From assembly GCA_029865605.1 (NCBI GenBank), contig JAOUGE010000003.1, positions 21,797 to 85,796 of the forward strand: a stretch of 64,000 nucleotides of DNA, given 5' to 3'. Each line of letters starts with the position of its first letter. The first letter of the stretch is position 1. A program made the position numbers and the translations under genes. Source of the DNA: Candidatus Berkelbacteria bacterium. GTDB lineage: Bacteria > Patescibacteriota > UBA1384 > DTJR01. Below, piece by piece: positions 21,486 to 32,645 of the stretch. The notes under the pieces are model-generated. The model was not told where the DNA came from and made no database searches. It saw only the letters and a program-made list of their open reading frames with translations.

Positions 21486-24400
21486 TTATTTTCTGAACCC
21501 TGTTCCAGCGGGAATTAGTTTACCAATAATCACATTCTCTTTCAAGCCTCTTAGGTTGTCCTCGGACCCGTCAATTGCAGCATTAATCAAAACACTCGTT
21601 GTTTCCTGAAACGAGGCTGCTGCCAGAAAACTTTCGGTTTTTAGAGCAACCCTTGTTATACCCATAACTATCGGCTCAACTGTAAGTTCTTTTCGACCCT
21701 TTTTACCCACCCCTTTTTGTGCCTTTTCATACTCGATGCGATCAATTATCTGCCCTGGAACGAAGCCGCTTGAACCCTCGTCAACAACTTTTAGCTTTGA
21801 CAACATCTGCCGGACTATTACTTCAAGGTGCTTGTCATTAATAGATTGGCCCTGCGAAGAATATATTGCTTTTGTTTCACGGATAATATATTTAATCACC
21901 TCCTCTTTTCCTTGAAGCCGGAGCGAGCTGGAAAGATTAAGGTGGCCTTCAGAAAGAATTTCGCCCTTTTTCACTTTTTGACCATCCTTAACTGAAACTA
22001 TCATCACCGGACTAATGTCATATTTAACCGAAACCTTATCTTTCGACTGTATTTCCACTTTGTTCTTAGAAACCTTAGCAACACCGTTTATGCTAGCTCT
22101 TACCGCTTTTTTATCCTTACACAAGGCTATCGCCTTTTTCGCTTTGACTAAATCTCCATCTTTAACTGCCAGTTGATAATCATGAGGAATATTCAGCTCC
22201 TCGCGCATAGGCTCGTCAGAAATAACTTCAACTGATACTGCCCCTTGTGTTTTGTAGATCTTAACTATTCCATCTAATTCGCTAATCGGCGCCTCGTATT
22301 TAGGGCGACGAGCCTCAAAAATCTCCTCAACCCTTGGTAATCCAGACGTTATGTCTTCCCCGGTAACTCCCCCCAGGTGAAATGTCTTCATCGTTAACTG
22401 AGTTCCGGGCTCTCCGATGGCTTGAGCGGCAATTATCCCGACGGCAACTCCCAGCTCAACAATGGCGCCCGTCCCCAAATCTATCCCATAACACATTTGA
22501 CAAGTACCAAACTTAGTATCACAAAATGCAACCGAACGTACGACAACCGTTTCTACGTCAGAATTTTCAATCTCCCGCGCTTTTTCCTTGCCTATTTCAC
22601 CATTAGCTTTGACTAATATTTTCCTCCCCGACCTGACATCTCCAACAGTCACTCTACCTTCAAGTCTTTCGGCAAATGTCTCGCCAAAGGCTTCCGACTC
22701 GCCTCTATTAATATTCAGCCCCTCCTTGGTACCACAGTCTTTTTCCCTAATAATCACGTCTTGCGCGACATCAACCAACCTTCTAGTAAGATAGCCAGCA
22801 TCGGAAGTCCTTAGGGAGGTGTCTGATCTTCCTTTCCTCGATCCATGAGAAGAAATAAAGTATTCAAACACATTTAACCCGCCCTTATAGTTAGAAGTAA
22901 TGGGAATCTCAATTATCTCGCCCGCAGGGTTAACAACCAACCCTTTCATGCCTGCCATCTGAGTAAGCTGAGCAACTGATCCCCTTGTTCCTGAGGCAAC
23001 ATACATGTAAACTGGATTTTCTCTAGAAAAGCCGCTTACCATTGACTTTTCAATTTTATTTCTAGCTTCGTTCCAAAGATCAATAACCCTTACGCTTTTT
23101 TCTTCCGCGGTTATAAGACCTCTTCTTAACTGCATTTCGATTTCATCAATCTTATTCTGAGTAGATGAAATAACATCCGCTTTTAACTGGGGAACCTCGA
23201 TATCGTCCATACCAATTGAAAGACCGGAGAGAGTTGCTTGCTCAAACCCTAAGTCCTTTATCTTATCTAAAACATCCGAAGTCATTTCAGACCCATGTCT
23301 CTTAAAAATATCAGAGATTATTTTTTTCATCATTTTGGCGTCGATGGGCTTATTAATGAAGTCGAAGTCATCCGGGAAGATATTATTGAATAGAATCCTT
23401 CCTACACAGGTTATAGCAACGTTTTCCTTCTCGCTTTCAAAATCACTTTCTTTTATGCGATCGTCCATCTTTACCATAATCTTCGTATTTATATCAATAT
23501 TTCCAGTTTGCCAGGCCATAATCGCTTCGTTCTTGCCTGAGTATGCTTTGGGCTTAATAGAATCATCAACAATTTTAGTCACAAAATAACTTCCCAAAAC
23601 CATATCAAAGCGGGGAGTCACAATCGGTTCTCCCGAAGCAGGTTTTAGAAGGTTTTTAGTTGACATCATTATTGCTTTTGATTCATCCCTCGCCTTCGAG
23701 GAAAGCGGAACATGAACAGCCATCTGGTCTCCATCAAAGTCGGCATTAAAAGCCTGGCAGACAAGCGGATGAATCTGAATGGCTTTTCCTTCGATTAAAA
23801 CGGGCAGAAAGGCCTGAATCCCGAGTCTGTGAAGCGTAGGCGCGCGGTTTAAAAGAACGTGGTGCTCAGAAGTTATCTCTTCCAAAATGTCCCAAACTAC
23901 GGGGGCTTTCGTTTCTATCAGCTTAGTGGCGTTTTTAACATTATAAACATGGCCGTCTTTAATTAATCTTGAGATGACAAAGGTTTTAAATAACTCTAGG
24001 GCCATTACTTTCGGAACACCGCATTGGCTAAGTTTCAATTCAGGTCCTATTACAATAACGCTCCGACCCGAATAATCTACTCTTTTACCTAGAAGGTTTT
24101 GCCTAAACCTGCCCTGTTTCCCCCTGAGAATATCCGAAAGCGACCTTAGTTTTCTCTGATTTCCCGTAACCGCCGCCTTCCCTCGTCTTGCCGAATTATC
24201 TATCAATGCATCAACTGCCTCTTGGAGCATTCTTTTCTCGTTTCTGCATATAACTTCAGGTGCTCCTGCCCCAATCAGTTTTTTCAGGCGATTATTCCGA
24301 TTCAAAACCCTACGATAAAGGTCGTTTAAATCGGAAGCGGCAAATCTGCCACCGTCAAGCTGAACCATAGGTCTCAAATCAGGGGGAATAACAGGTACCC

Positions 24401-25262
24401 TCACCAAGACCAACCACTCCGGTCGCACGACAGCTTGTCTCATCGAATTAAAAACCCTCAATCTCTTAAGAAGCTTCTTTCTATTCGCGGTTACTTGGGT
24501 TTCCAGTCTCGTTGAAATATTTTTAATTTCTTCGCTTATATCAACCGACTTCAAAAGTTCGAGAATCGCCTCGGCCCCTATCCCAACCCTGATCAATTGA
24601 CCATATTTCAAAGATATTGCGTTAAATTCTGGCTCGCTTAAGACCTTTTTTCTCTCAAGTGAGGCTATCTCTTGCTTCGATCGCTTATAGGCAGCCTCGA
24701 GTTTCTGTGTCGCTATTTCATTCGATTTTATCTTGGGGTCTTTCTTGGCTTCTTCATACTCCTTCTGTAGCTGCTCAATCGATTCCTTTTTCAGATTTTC
24801 GTCAATTTCGAGAATTACATAGGCAGCAAAATAAGTTACCGCCTCAATATCAGAAATAGACATATCGAGAATAGTCCCAATTATGCCACCGCCGCCGCGC
24901 AAATACCAAACATGAACCACAGGCACGACTAAGTCAATATGTCCCATCCGTTCGCGCCTAACAGAGCTCCGGGTGACTTCAACCCCGCAGCGATCACAAA
25001 TGACTCCCTTATATCTTATTTTTTTATACTTGCCGCAGTAACATTCCCAGTCCTTAACTGGGCCAAACACCTTTTCATCAAAAAGTCCGTCTCTTTCTGG
25101 TTTTTGTGTCCGATAATTAATAGTCTCCGGCTTCGTGATTTCGCCATAAGACCAACTTAAAATCTCCTCAGGGCTCGCGACAGAAAGCCTCACCTTTTCA
25201 AAATCCCTAGGAATATTTTCCCTACCGGCCTTATAAAGCTTAGCTTCGGTATTATTTGCCAT
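21486..25262 (-). CDS. rpoC: DNA-directed RNA polymerase subunit beta'
   Basis: ORF 21486..25313; start probably the internal ATG ([10 protein letters not shown]...) at ~25262, which removes the 62-nt overlap with rpoB; NADFDGD catalytic motif present. Confidence 0.95.
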   Translation of the reverse strand: MANNTEAKLYKAGRENIPRDFEKVRLSVASPEEILSWSYGEITKPETINYRTQKPERDGLFDEKVFGPVKDWECYCGKYKKIRYKGVICDRCGVEVTRSSVRRERMGHIDLVVPVVHVWYLRGGGGIIGTILDMSISDIEAVTYFAAYVILEIDENLKKESIEQLQKEYEEAKKDPKIKSNEIATQKLEAAYKRSKQEIASLERKKVLSEPEFNAISLKYGQLIRVGIGAEAILELLKSVDISEEIKNISTRLETQVTANRKKLLKRLRVFNSMRQAVVRPEWLVLVRVPVIPPDLRPMVQLDGGRFAASDLNDLYRRVLNRNNRLKKLIGAGAPEVICRNEKRMLQEAVDALIDNSARRGKAAVTGNQRKLRSLSDILRGKQGRFRQNLLGKRVDYSGRSVIVIGPELKLSQCGVPKVMALELFKTFVISRLIKDGHVYNVKNATKLIETKAPVVWDILEEITSEHHVLLNRAPTLHRLGIQAFLPVLIEGKAIQIHPLVCQAFNADFDGDQMAVHVPLSSKARDESKAIMMSTKNLLKPASGEPIVTPRFDMVLGSYFVTKIVDDSIKPKAYSGKNEAIMAWQTGNIDINTKIMVKMDDRIKESDFESEKENVAITCVGRILFNNIFPDDFDFINKPIDAKMMKKIISDIFKRHGSEMTSDVLDKIKDLGFEQATLSGLSIGMDDIEVPQLKADVISSTQNKIDEIEMQLRRGLITAEEKSVRVIDLWNEARNKIEKSMVSGFSRENPVYMYVASGTRGSVAQLTQMAGMKGLVVNPAGEIIEIPITSNYKGGLNVFEYFISSHGSRKGRSDTSLRTSDAGYLTRRLVDVAQDVIIREKDCGTKEGLNINRGESEAFGETFAERLEGRVTVGDVRSGRKILVKANGEIGKEKAREIENSDVETVVVRSVAFCDTKFGTCQMCYGIDLGTGAIVELGVAVGIIAAQAIGEPGTQLTMKTFHLGGVTGEDITSGLPRVEEIFEARRPKYEAPISELDGIVKIYKTQGAVSVEVISDEPMREELNIPHDYQLAVKDGDLVKAKKAIALCKDKKAVRASINGVAKVSKNKVEIQSKDKVSVKYDISPVMIVSVKDGQKVKKGEILSEGHLNLSSSLRLQGKEEVIKYIIRETKAIYSSQGQSINDKHLEVIVRQMLSKLKVVDEGSSGFVPGQIIDRIEYEKAQKGVGKKGRKELTVEPIVMGITRVALKTESFLAAASFQETTSVLINAAIDGSEDNLRGLKENVIIGKLIPAGTGFRK

Positions 25263-28200
25263 TTTTCTCCTCAATCGGCTTCTCTGCAGGCGGATTTTCT
25301 TCCTGATTAGCATAAATCTCCGTTAATTCACGGTCTTGTTTCTCCTCCTTTAAATTTTTGTCCGCCTTGGTCTCTTTTGGATTTATAGTTGCAGCACCAG
25401 TTACGGAAACCTTATCTTCTTCTTTTCTAACTGACTCACTCGAAATCATATCTACGGACAAACCCAGACTCTGAAGCTCTCTAACCAAAACACTGAAAGA
25501 AGCTGGGACCGAAGGCCTTTCTATTTCCTCACCTTTTATAATCGCCTCGTACGCCCTAGAACGTCCGATAACATCATCGGACTTAATTGTCAGCATTTCC
25601 TGCAACGAATTAGCAGCGCCATATGCCTCTAAGGCCCAAACTTCCATTTCCCCAAAACGTTGACCGCCAAACTGAGCCTTACCTCCTAGCGGCTGTTGAG
25701 TAACCATTGAGTATGGCCCAACCGACCTAGCATGCATTTTATCATCGACAAGATGAGCCAGTTTTAGCATATAGATTACGCCCACACTCACTCTCTCAGC
25801 AAAAGGCTCTCCGGATTTACCATCGTAGAGAATCATTTTCCCGTCCTGATCAAACCCAGCTTTCTTAAGCTCCTCTTTAATCTTAGAAATTCTGACCCCG
25901 TCGAATATCGGTGAAATAACTTTATAGCCGAGTTTCTGGGCTGCTAACCCAAGGTGCGTTTCTAATATCTGTCCCAAATTCATTCTCGAAACGACTCCGA
26001 GAGGATTTAAAATAATGTCAACAGGAGTACCGTCTTTAAGATAGGGCATATCTTCTTGCGGCAGTATCATCGAAATTACCCCCTTATTACCGTGACGCCC
26101 CGCCAGCTTGTCCCCAACCGATATTTTCCTAAGCTGGGCGACAGATATTTCAACCATCTGGTAGACACCTTCCGGTAATTCATCACCAGCATCCTTGGAG
26201 AACAACTTAACCTCTATTACCTTTCCTTTTTCACCGTGAGGCAGTCTCAAAGAAGTATCCTTAACATCCTTAGCCTTTTCACCAAAAATCGCTCTCAACA
26301 ACTTCTCTTCAACAGTCAGCTCGGTTTCTCCCTTGGGAGAAATTTTACCCACCAAAATTTCACCAGCCTCAACTTCGGCGCCGATTCTGACAATTCCACC
26401 TTCGTCTAAATTCGCTAGAGCCTCTTCTCCAACATTAGGAATATCTCTGGTTATAAGCTCTGGTCCTAATTTAGTGTCCCTAACCTCAATCGCATATTTT
26501 TCAATATGAACGGAGGTTAAAATATCATCCTTAACCAACCTCTCGGAAATGATAATAGCGTCCTCATAATTCCCGCCACGATAACTCATAAAAGCAACCA
26601 AAACATTTCTTCCAAGAGACAGCTCTCCGCGATCGGTCGAGGGACCATCGGCGATTATTTCACCTCTGCTAACTTTCTCCCCCTGTGACACTAAAATTTT
26701 CTGGTTAATACAGGTAGCCTGATTAGATCGGACGAATTTATTAAGTTTGTGCTGATGACGATTGCCTTTTTTATCTTTTACCGTAACCCTATCGCCCCAA
26801 GCCTCCTCAACAACCCCCTCAACACTTGATGTTAAAACGTGGCCAGACGCCAAAGCCGCATCTTGTTCCATGCCCGTTCCGATCAAAGGAGACTCATTTA
26901 TAACTAAAGGAACTGCCTGCCTCTGCATATTGGATCCCATATTCGCCCTGACCGCATCATCATGTTCGATAAAAGGAATTAGGGCAGTGGTTATTGAAGC
27001 AATTTGCTGAGGCGAAACATCCATATACTGAATCGAGTTAACCGGTTCAATTGAAGGACGGCCAAACTTTCTAACCGGGATGTTTCTGCCGACGATACAA
27101 CCATTTTTATCTACTTCTGCTGAAGATGGAGCAATAACCGTTTTCTCCTCACTCGAAGCATCAAGATAAACTATTTTCTTGGTTACCCTCATCTTCGACT
27201 GTTTTTTCTCAACTACTAAATACGGAGTTTCAATAAACCCATACTCGTTTACTATCCCATATGACGCCAGATAGCCTACCAGGCCAATATTGGGACCTTC
27301 GGGCGTTTCAATCGGGCATATTCTTCCATAGTGCGACTGGTGAACATCTCTCACCTCAAAACCCGCCCTCTCTCTTGACAGGCCGCCCGGACCCGTTGCC
27401 GAGAGAGTTCTTTTATGCTCAAGTTCGCTTAATGGGTTCGTTTGATTCATAAATTGTGACATCTGCGATGAGGCAAAAAACTCTTGCAAAACAGCCACGA
27501 TAGGGCGGGAATTAACCAGCTGAGCAGGCGTAGCGCTGTCAGGTTCGACAATGCTCATCCTATCTTTGATAATTCTCTCCATCCTTAAAAACCCGACTCT
27601 AAGCCTCGACTGGACAAGTTCGCCAACTGACCTGACGCGCCGGTTTTTCAAGTGATCAATATCATCCGGTTCTGCCGTAGGATCATTATTAAGTCTAATT
27701 ATCTCCTTAACGATCTCGATTACGTCCGCTACCCTCAGCACCCGTCCGGAAATATCATCCTTTGTTTTAAGCTCAAGCCTCCTATTTAACTTATACCTGC
27801 CAACCTTACCCAGATCGTACCTCTTTGGGTTAAAAAATAAGGCGTCTAAAAATATCTTGGCCGCTTCAGCGGTAGCCAAATCTCCCGGCCTGATTCGTTT
27901 GTAAACTTCAATCATGGCCGATTCCCTGTCTTTAGAGGGGTCTTTGGAGAGAGTCTGTTCGATATATTTTAGATCAATGTCGTCGTCTACGTCCGAAAAG
28001 GTGTCTTGAATTTTTATATTTGATTCTAATCCTAAGGCCCTCAAAAATGTAGTCACAGGTATTTTTCTTTTTCTATCAACCTTAACGCTAATTACTCCTT
28101 TATTTGATGTTTCAAACTCAAGCCAAGCACCACGGCTCGGGATAAGTTTTGCTCCAAAAAACTTGCGGCCGGCGACCTCATTGGAAACAAAAATCACCCC

Positions 28201-28602
28201 GTAAGATCTCACAATCTGGGAGACAACCACTCTTTCGATACCATTGATTATAAAGGTCCCCCGATCAGTCATTACTGGAAAATCTCCCAAAAAAACCCTT
28301 GAAGCCTTTTTTTTGTTGGTTGTCTTACTGTGAAGGACCACATCGCAAGTCAAAGGCGCCTTATAGGTCAGATTTTTATTCTTGGCAGTCAGTTCGTCAA
28401 CCTTTGGTTCGCCAAGCGAATACTCGCCAAACTCAAGCGTCATCGATTCACCGGTAAAGTCATCGACTGGACTGATTTCTTCCAAGAGCTCTCTTATGCC
28501 TTCCTCGAAAAGCCAACTATAAGAATTCTTTTGAATTTCTATTAAATTCGGTAGGGCAACTTTAAGATATTCTTTAGAAAAATTAACTCTACTTTGTGGC
28601 AT
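25252..28602 (-). CDS. rpoB: DNA-directed RNA polymerase subunit beta
   Basis: 1116 aa; conserved beta-subunit regions throughout. Confidence 0.95.
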   Translation of the reverse strand: MPQSRVNFSKEYLKVALPNLIEIQKNSYSWLFEEGIRELLEEISPVDDFTGESMTLEFGEYSLGEPKVDELTAKNKNLTYKAPLTCDVVLHSKTTNKKKASRVFLGDFPVMTDRGTFIINGIERVVVSQIVRSYGVIFVSNEVAGRKFFGAKLIPSRGAWLEFETSNKGVISVKVDRKRKIPVTTFLRALGLESNIKIQDTFSDVDDDIDLKYIEQTLSKDPSKDRESAMIEVYKRIRPGDLATAEAAKIFLDALFFNPKRYDLGKVGRYKLNRRLELKTKDDISGRVLRVADVIEIVKEIIRLNNDPTAEPDDIDHLKNRRVRSVGELVQSRLRVGFLRMERIIKDRMSIVEPDSATPAQLVNSRPIVAVLQEFFASSQMSQFMNQTNPLSELEHKRTLSATGPGGLSRERAGFEVRDVHQSHYGRICPIETPEGPNIGLVGYLASYGIVNEYGFIETPYLVVEKKQSKMRVTKKIVYLDASSEEKTVIAPSSAEVDKNGCIVGRNIPVRKFGRPSIEPVNSIQYMDVSPQQIASITTALIPFIEHDDAVRANMGSNMQRQAVPLVINESPLIGTGMEQDAALASGHVLTSSVEGVVEEAWGDRVTVKDKKGNRHQHKLNKFVRSNQATCINQKILVSQGEKVSRGEIIADGPSTDRGELSLGRNVLVAFMSYRGGNYEDAIIISERLVKDDILTSVHIEKYAIEVRDTKLGPELITRDIPNVGEEALANLDEGGIVRIGAEVEAGEILVGKISPKGETELTVEEKLLRAIFGEKAKDVKDTSLRLPHGEKGKVIEVKLFSKDAGDELPEGVYQMVEISVAQLRKISVGDKLAGRHGNKGVISMILPQEDMPYLKDGTPVDIILNPLGVVSRMNLGQILETHLGLAAQKLGYKVISPIFDGVRISKIKEELKKAGFDQDGKMILYDGKSGEPFAERVSVGVIYMLKLAHLVDDKMHARSVGPYSMVTQQPLGGKAQFGGQRFGEMEVWALEAYGAANSLQEMLTIKSDDVIGRSRAYEAIIKGEEIERPSVPASFSVLVRELQSLGLSVDMISSESVRKEEDKVSVTGAATINPKETKADKNLKEEKQDRELTEIYANQEENPPAEKPIEEKNGK

Positions 28603-28748
28603 AAATTACTTACCTTCTAGTATTTTGCAACACACAAATGCCCCTCACAAAAGTAAGGAAACAACCTCCTCCTATTTTAATCGAGGATTTGTCCCACTAA
28701 CCTTATTTTATCTTAGCTCTTATCTCCCTTTACACAATCATTGCCTTA

Positions 28749-28782
28749 ATATTAACTAAAATAAAATCATTGTCAACCCCCC
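28749..28782 (-). promoter_or_regulatory. putative sigma70-type promoter of rpoB-rpoC (G-run + TTGACA, 16-nt spacer, TAATAT)
   Basis: minus-strand reading GGGGGGTTGACAatgattttattttagtTAATAT ~150 nt upstream of rpoB ATG. Confidence 0.5.
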
Positions 28783-28793
28783 AAACTTAAAAG

Positions 28794-29133
28794 CCTGACC
28801 ATTTGATAAGCCGGGTTCTGTTTGTGTAGTCATTTATCTAATGCGTCGGGACCCGTGGACATCAAGCGAGTAGCTTTAATGATGATGTGCGGGCCCACCC
28901 GACTTGCACCAGGAAGGAGTTTCGCCCCTCAATGTCTTCCGACACTGAGTTGTGGTCTCTTACACCACCTCTTTTCACCCTTGCTGCCCCGCATAAGCGA
29001 GGTTAGCGGTATAGTCTCTGTGCTACTATCCCTGGGGTCACCCCCGTCCCGCTTACGCGGGATACCCTACTCTTCGGTGCCCGGACTTTCCTCCCCCGCC
29101 TCAGACGGGGGCGACTACTTCAAATGGTCAGGC
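28794..29133 (-). ncRNA. rnpB: RNase P RNA, bacterial type A
   Basis: Minus-strand sequence contains GGAGGAAAGUCCGGGCACC (P4 5' strand), AGGGUGAAAAGAGGUGGUGUAAGAGACCAC (P10-P12 region) and 3' ACAGAACCCGGCUUA; P1 closes with CUGACCAUUUGA / UCAAAUGGUCAG; not in the ORF track. Confidence 0.85.
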
Positions 29134-29172
29134 TAAACAATTCTAGCAAATAATTAGGTTTTTTTCAAGAGG

Positions 29173-31956
29173 TCACAGAAGAAATTTTAAAAACTGCCCG
29201 GTTTGAGACGCCTTGCATTTAGCAATGCCCTCCGGCCTGCCGGAAACAACTATTCTCCCCCCCTCCTTACCACCGCTGGGTCCCATATCAATAATCCAGT
29301 CAGCAGATTTAATCACATCAAGATTATGTTCAATAACTAAAACAGTATTCCCGCGATCTACCAATTCCTGCAACACTTTTAATAACCTACCGATATCCTC
29401 AAAATGAAGACCAGTTGTCGGTTCATCTAATATATAAATTGTTTTACCTGTTGACGGCCTCGAAAGCTCGGTAGCCAGCTTAATTCTTTGCGCCTCCCCA
29501 CCAGAAAGAGAGGTAGCGCTTTGCCCCAGCGGCAGATAGCCCAAACCGACCTTTCTCAAAACCTCAATCTTATCCATCACCTCCTGGCAGTCAGAAAAGA
29601 ATTCACTCGCCTCATCCACGCTCATTTCTAAAACGTCCGCAATAGATTTCCCTTTATACTTAACCGCTAAAGTCTCTTGATTATAGCGCTTCCCAGAACA
29701 CTCCTCGCAAAGTACATATACATCTTCCATAAAAAACATTTCTATCTTTATATAGCCGTCACCGCGACAATTTTCACATCTTCCTCCTTTAAGGTTGAAG
29801 CTAAATTGACTAGCATTAAAATTTCTGGTGCTTGCATCAGGCTGGGAGGCAAAAATTTCTCGGACTGGCGTGAAAAGCCCGGTAAAGGTGGCCAGGTTAC
29901 TGCGAGGAGTACGACCGATCGGGGATTGATCGATTTTTATCGCTTTGTCCAAACCCTCGATTCCTAAAATATCATTGCACTCTCCTGGTATTTCTTGTGA
30001 CCTATTCAGCTTCGCAGCAAACTTCTTGGCTATTACATCATAAACAAGCGAGGACTTGCCACTCCCTGAAACGCCAGTCACACAAGTAAAAAGCCCCAGT
30101 GGGATTTTCACATCAATATCCTTCAGATTATTATGCCTAGCACCTTTTATTTCAAAATAACCCAGAACTGGTTCCCGTCGGGACTTCGGTACCTCGATTT
30201 TTTTTCTCCCGCTGAGATACTGCCCTGTAACTGAAAGCGGATTAGCTTTTATCTCTTTCGTTGTCCCCCGGGCAACGATAGTTCCGCCCTCCCTACCAGC
30301 TCCCGGTCCCATATCGATAATATAGTCTGAGCTTTCAATGACTGATCTGTCGTGTTCAACAACAACCACAGTATTGCCCTCCTTTTTCAACTTCTCAAAC
30401 GCCTTAATAAGCTTAACCGTATCGGCACTATGAAGGCTGATTGTTGGTTCGTCCATAACATAAAGTGCTCCGCTCAAGAAGGAATCAAATTGAATTCCCA
30501 GCTTAATTCTTTGCGCCTCGCCCCCCGAAAGACTCTCGCTGCCTCGCGATAATGCCAGATACCCCAAGCCCATCATCTCAAGATTTTTCAACCTCTTTTC
30601 AACCTCTAGAATTAAGCTGGCAGCTTCTTTCGGCATAGTTTCCATCAAGCGCCTAACGAAGCTTAGAAGCGCTGGCACTTCTAAATCAGAGAGCTCACAA
30701 ATATTCATCCCTAAAACCTTAACTGATCCGGCGAAAGAGTTAAGTCTTTTTCCGCCACATTCTCCACAAATACTTTCGACCATATATTGTTCAATTTCCT
30801 GCCTAAGATAATCGGAGTCGGTTTCACGATATTTTCTCTCTAGATTATTAACGACGCCTTCAAAGTCACTCGTTCCATAAAGGATCGCCCTCAATACGTC
30901 CTCGCCAAGCTGCTCAACTGGCAAGTCGTTTGAAAAACTCATCTTTTTGGATAATTCCTTTAAAGAGCTCATCAGCGCCCCATTTTGATTAGCTAGTCTA
31001 ACCCATGGTCTAATTGCTCCCTCAGCAATGGTCAGTTTCTTATTCGGAACAACCAGGTCGGGATTAATTTTCATAACCCTACCCAACCCCTGACAAACCT
31101 GGCAGGCACCATGAGGACTATTAAATGAAAATAGTCTAGGCTGAATTGCGGGAAAAACGATCGAGCAACTAGCACAAGACGGTTGTTTAGAAACAAACTC
31201 TTTCTGCCCGTTTATTTCAAGCTCTAAAGTATCCCCCCCGAGCTCAAAACCCTTCTTCAAAGCCCTCAAGATCTCCGCTCGCTCAGTCTTTTTTAAATTA
31301 CCCTCTATGCTAATTTTTAAAACTTGGGCTTCAATTGTGTGCACCTGCGACCTGACAAGGGCCACTTTTTCAATATACTGCCGACCATATTCCTCGCCGT
31401 CAACTCTAAACCTACTAAACGCAGAACGCGCCAGTTTCTTTAAAAGATCTTCGTGGGTGCCTTTAACAGACCTGACAATCGTTGTATAAATAGTAATTTC
31501 TTTTTTTTCAAAACCGTTCGCCTTAATTTTCGAATAGACAGTTTCAGCTACTTTCTCAAGACTAGACCCAAGAACAAGCTCTTTTTTACAATTTGGGCAA
31601 TGAATATTACCAAAACGAGCAAAAAGAATTCTCAAATAATCATAAATCTCTGTCAGCGTACCAACAGTCGACCTTGGCGACCGAGAAACACTTCTCTGGT
31701 CAATAGCAATAGCCGGGGGGATGCCTTCAATAGAATCAACGTCAGGTCTTTCAATCACGCCGATTACCTGCTTAGCATAAGAAGAGAGGTTCTCAACATA
31801 CCTTCTTTGGCCCTCGGCAAAAACTGTATCAAAGGCTAAAGACGACTTACCGCTCCCAGAAATCCCCGAGACAACAGTGATCTTCTCCTTGGGGATCTCC
31901 AAGGTAATATTTTTCAGGTTGTGAGTTCTGGCTCCCGTTATCCTAATCTTATTCAT
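29173..31956 (-). CDS. uvrA: excinuclease ABC subunit A
   Basis: 927 aa; two ABC ATPase modules (GVSGSGKSSL twice), zinc fingers. Confidence 0.95.
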   Translation of the reverse strand: MNKIRITGARTHNLKNITLEIPKEKITVVSGISGSGKSSLAFDTVFAEGQRRYVENLSSYAKQVIGVIERPDVDSIEGIPPAIAIDQRSVSRSPRSTVGTLTEIYDYLRILFARFGNIHCPNCKKELVLGSSLEKVAETVYSKIKANGFEKKEITIYTTIVRSVKGTHEDLLKKLARSAFSRFRVDGEEYGRQYIEKVALVRSQVHTIEAQVLKISIEGNLKKTERAEILRALKKGFELGGDTLELEINGQKEFVSKQPSCASCSIVFPAIQPRLFSFNSPHGACQVCQGLGRVMKINPDLVVPNKKLTIAEGAIRPWVRLANQNGALMSSLKELSKKMSFSNDLPVEQLGEDVLRAILYGTSDFEGVVNNLERKYRETDSDYLRQEIEQYMVESICGECGGKRLNSFAGSVKVLGMNICELSDLEVPALLSFVRRLMETMPKEAASLILEVEKRLKNLEMMGLGYLALSRGSESLSGGEAQRIKLGIQFDSFLSGALYVMDEPTISLHSADTVKLIKAFEKLKKEGNTVVVVEHDRSVIESSDYIIDMGPGAGREGGTIVARGTTKEIKANPLSVTGQYLSGRKKIEVPKSRREPVLGYFEIKGARHNNLKDIDVKIPLGLFTCVTGVSGSGKSSLVYDVIAKKFAAKLNRSQEIPGECNDILGIEGLDKAIKIDQSPIGRTPRSNLATFTGLFTPVREIFASQPDASTRNFNASQFSFNLKGGRCENCRGDGYIKIEMFFMEDVYVLCEECSGKRYNQETLAVKYKGKSIADVLEMSVDEASEFFSDCQEVMDKIEVLRKVGLGYLPLGQSATSLSGGEAQRIKLATELSRPSTGKTIYILDEPTTGLHFEDIGRLLKVLQELVDRGNTVLVIEHNLDVIKSADWIIDMGPSGGKEGGRIVVSGRPEGIAKCKASQTGQFLKFLL

Positions 31957-32098
31957 AAACTAAGGCGATTACTGCTAATTCTTGGCGAATATTAACAAAA
32001 AAACAATTAAAAATCAATACCCACGCTTTTGCAAAGTTTCACAATTTTGCTACAGTGCAAGCGGAACATCAAATATAAAGATAATTTGGGGAGGAAAA

Positions 32099-32638
32099 AT
32101 GAAACAACAGGAGGTCGGTACTATCGTAGGATCAAGCGTTCATCTGACCGGGACAATCAAAGACTCTTCCGATATAACTATCTTCGGCTCAATTGAGGGG
32201 GAAATTTTATCAGACCAACGGGTCATAATCGAAGAGTCTGCCCACGTGAAAGGCCCGATCAATGCCAACGAAGTCGTAATTAGTGGCCAAGTAGCCGGAA
32301 CAATTTCCGCCAAAAGCCGCTTAGAACTAAATCCTACAGGCACAATTAAAGGAAATGTTGATACAAGCGAACTGCTAATTCACGCCGGAGCCGTCTTTAT
32401 CGGAGAGTGCAGCATGCCGGACAAAAGAGCTGAAGGTGAAAAAGGAGAAGAATTTTTTGAGACTGAAGAAGAGGGTCTCAAGGAAAAATCAACTGAGGCC
32501 AAAAAAGAACAAGAAACGGAACCAAGCGATCTAATTTTCGGCAGGAAAGACGAAGAGAAAGATGAAGACAGTGACGAAGAAAGAGAAAGTGAAGAGATCA
32601 AGGCCAAGGAGGAAGAGAGCGAAAAAAGAAAAAAATAG
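32099..32638 (+). CDS. bactofilin (polymer-forming cytoskeletal protein) with acidic C-terminal tail
   Basis: ORF 31982..32638; likely start ATG 32099 after GGGGAGG SD; repeated beta-helix motifs (TIxGxIxG...) typical of bactofilin/DUF583; E/D/K-rich tail. Confidence 0.7.
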   Translation: MKQQEVGTIVGSSVHLTGTIKDSSDITIFGSIEGEILSDQRVIIEESAHVKGPINANEVVISGQVAGTISAKSRLELNPTGTIKGNVDTSELLIHAGAVFIGECSMPDKRAEGEKGEEFFETEEEGLKEKSTEAKKEQETEPSDLIFGRKDEEKDEDSDEERESEEIKAKEEESEKRKK

Positions 32639-32645
32639 TAACTAG

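Noticed and set aside
28822-29136. 104-aa plus-strand ORF in the rpoB-uvrA spacer
   Set aside because: Lies entirely inside the minus-strand RNase P RNA gene (conserved P4, P10-12 and 3' motifs present); the ORF is a by-product of GC-rich structured RNA.
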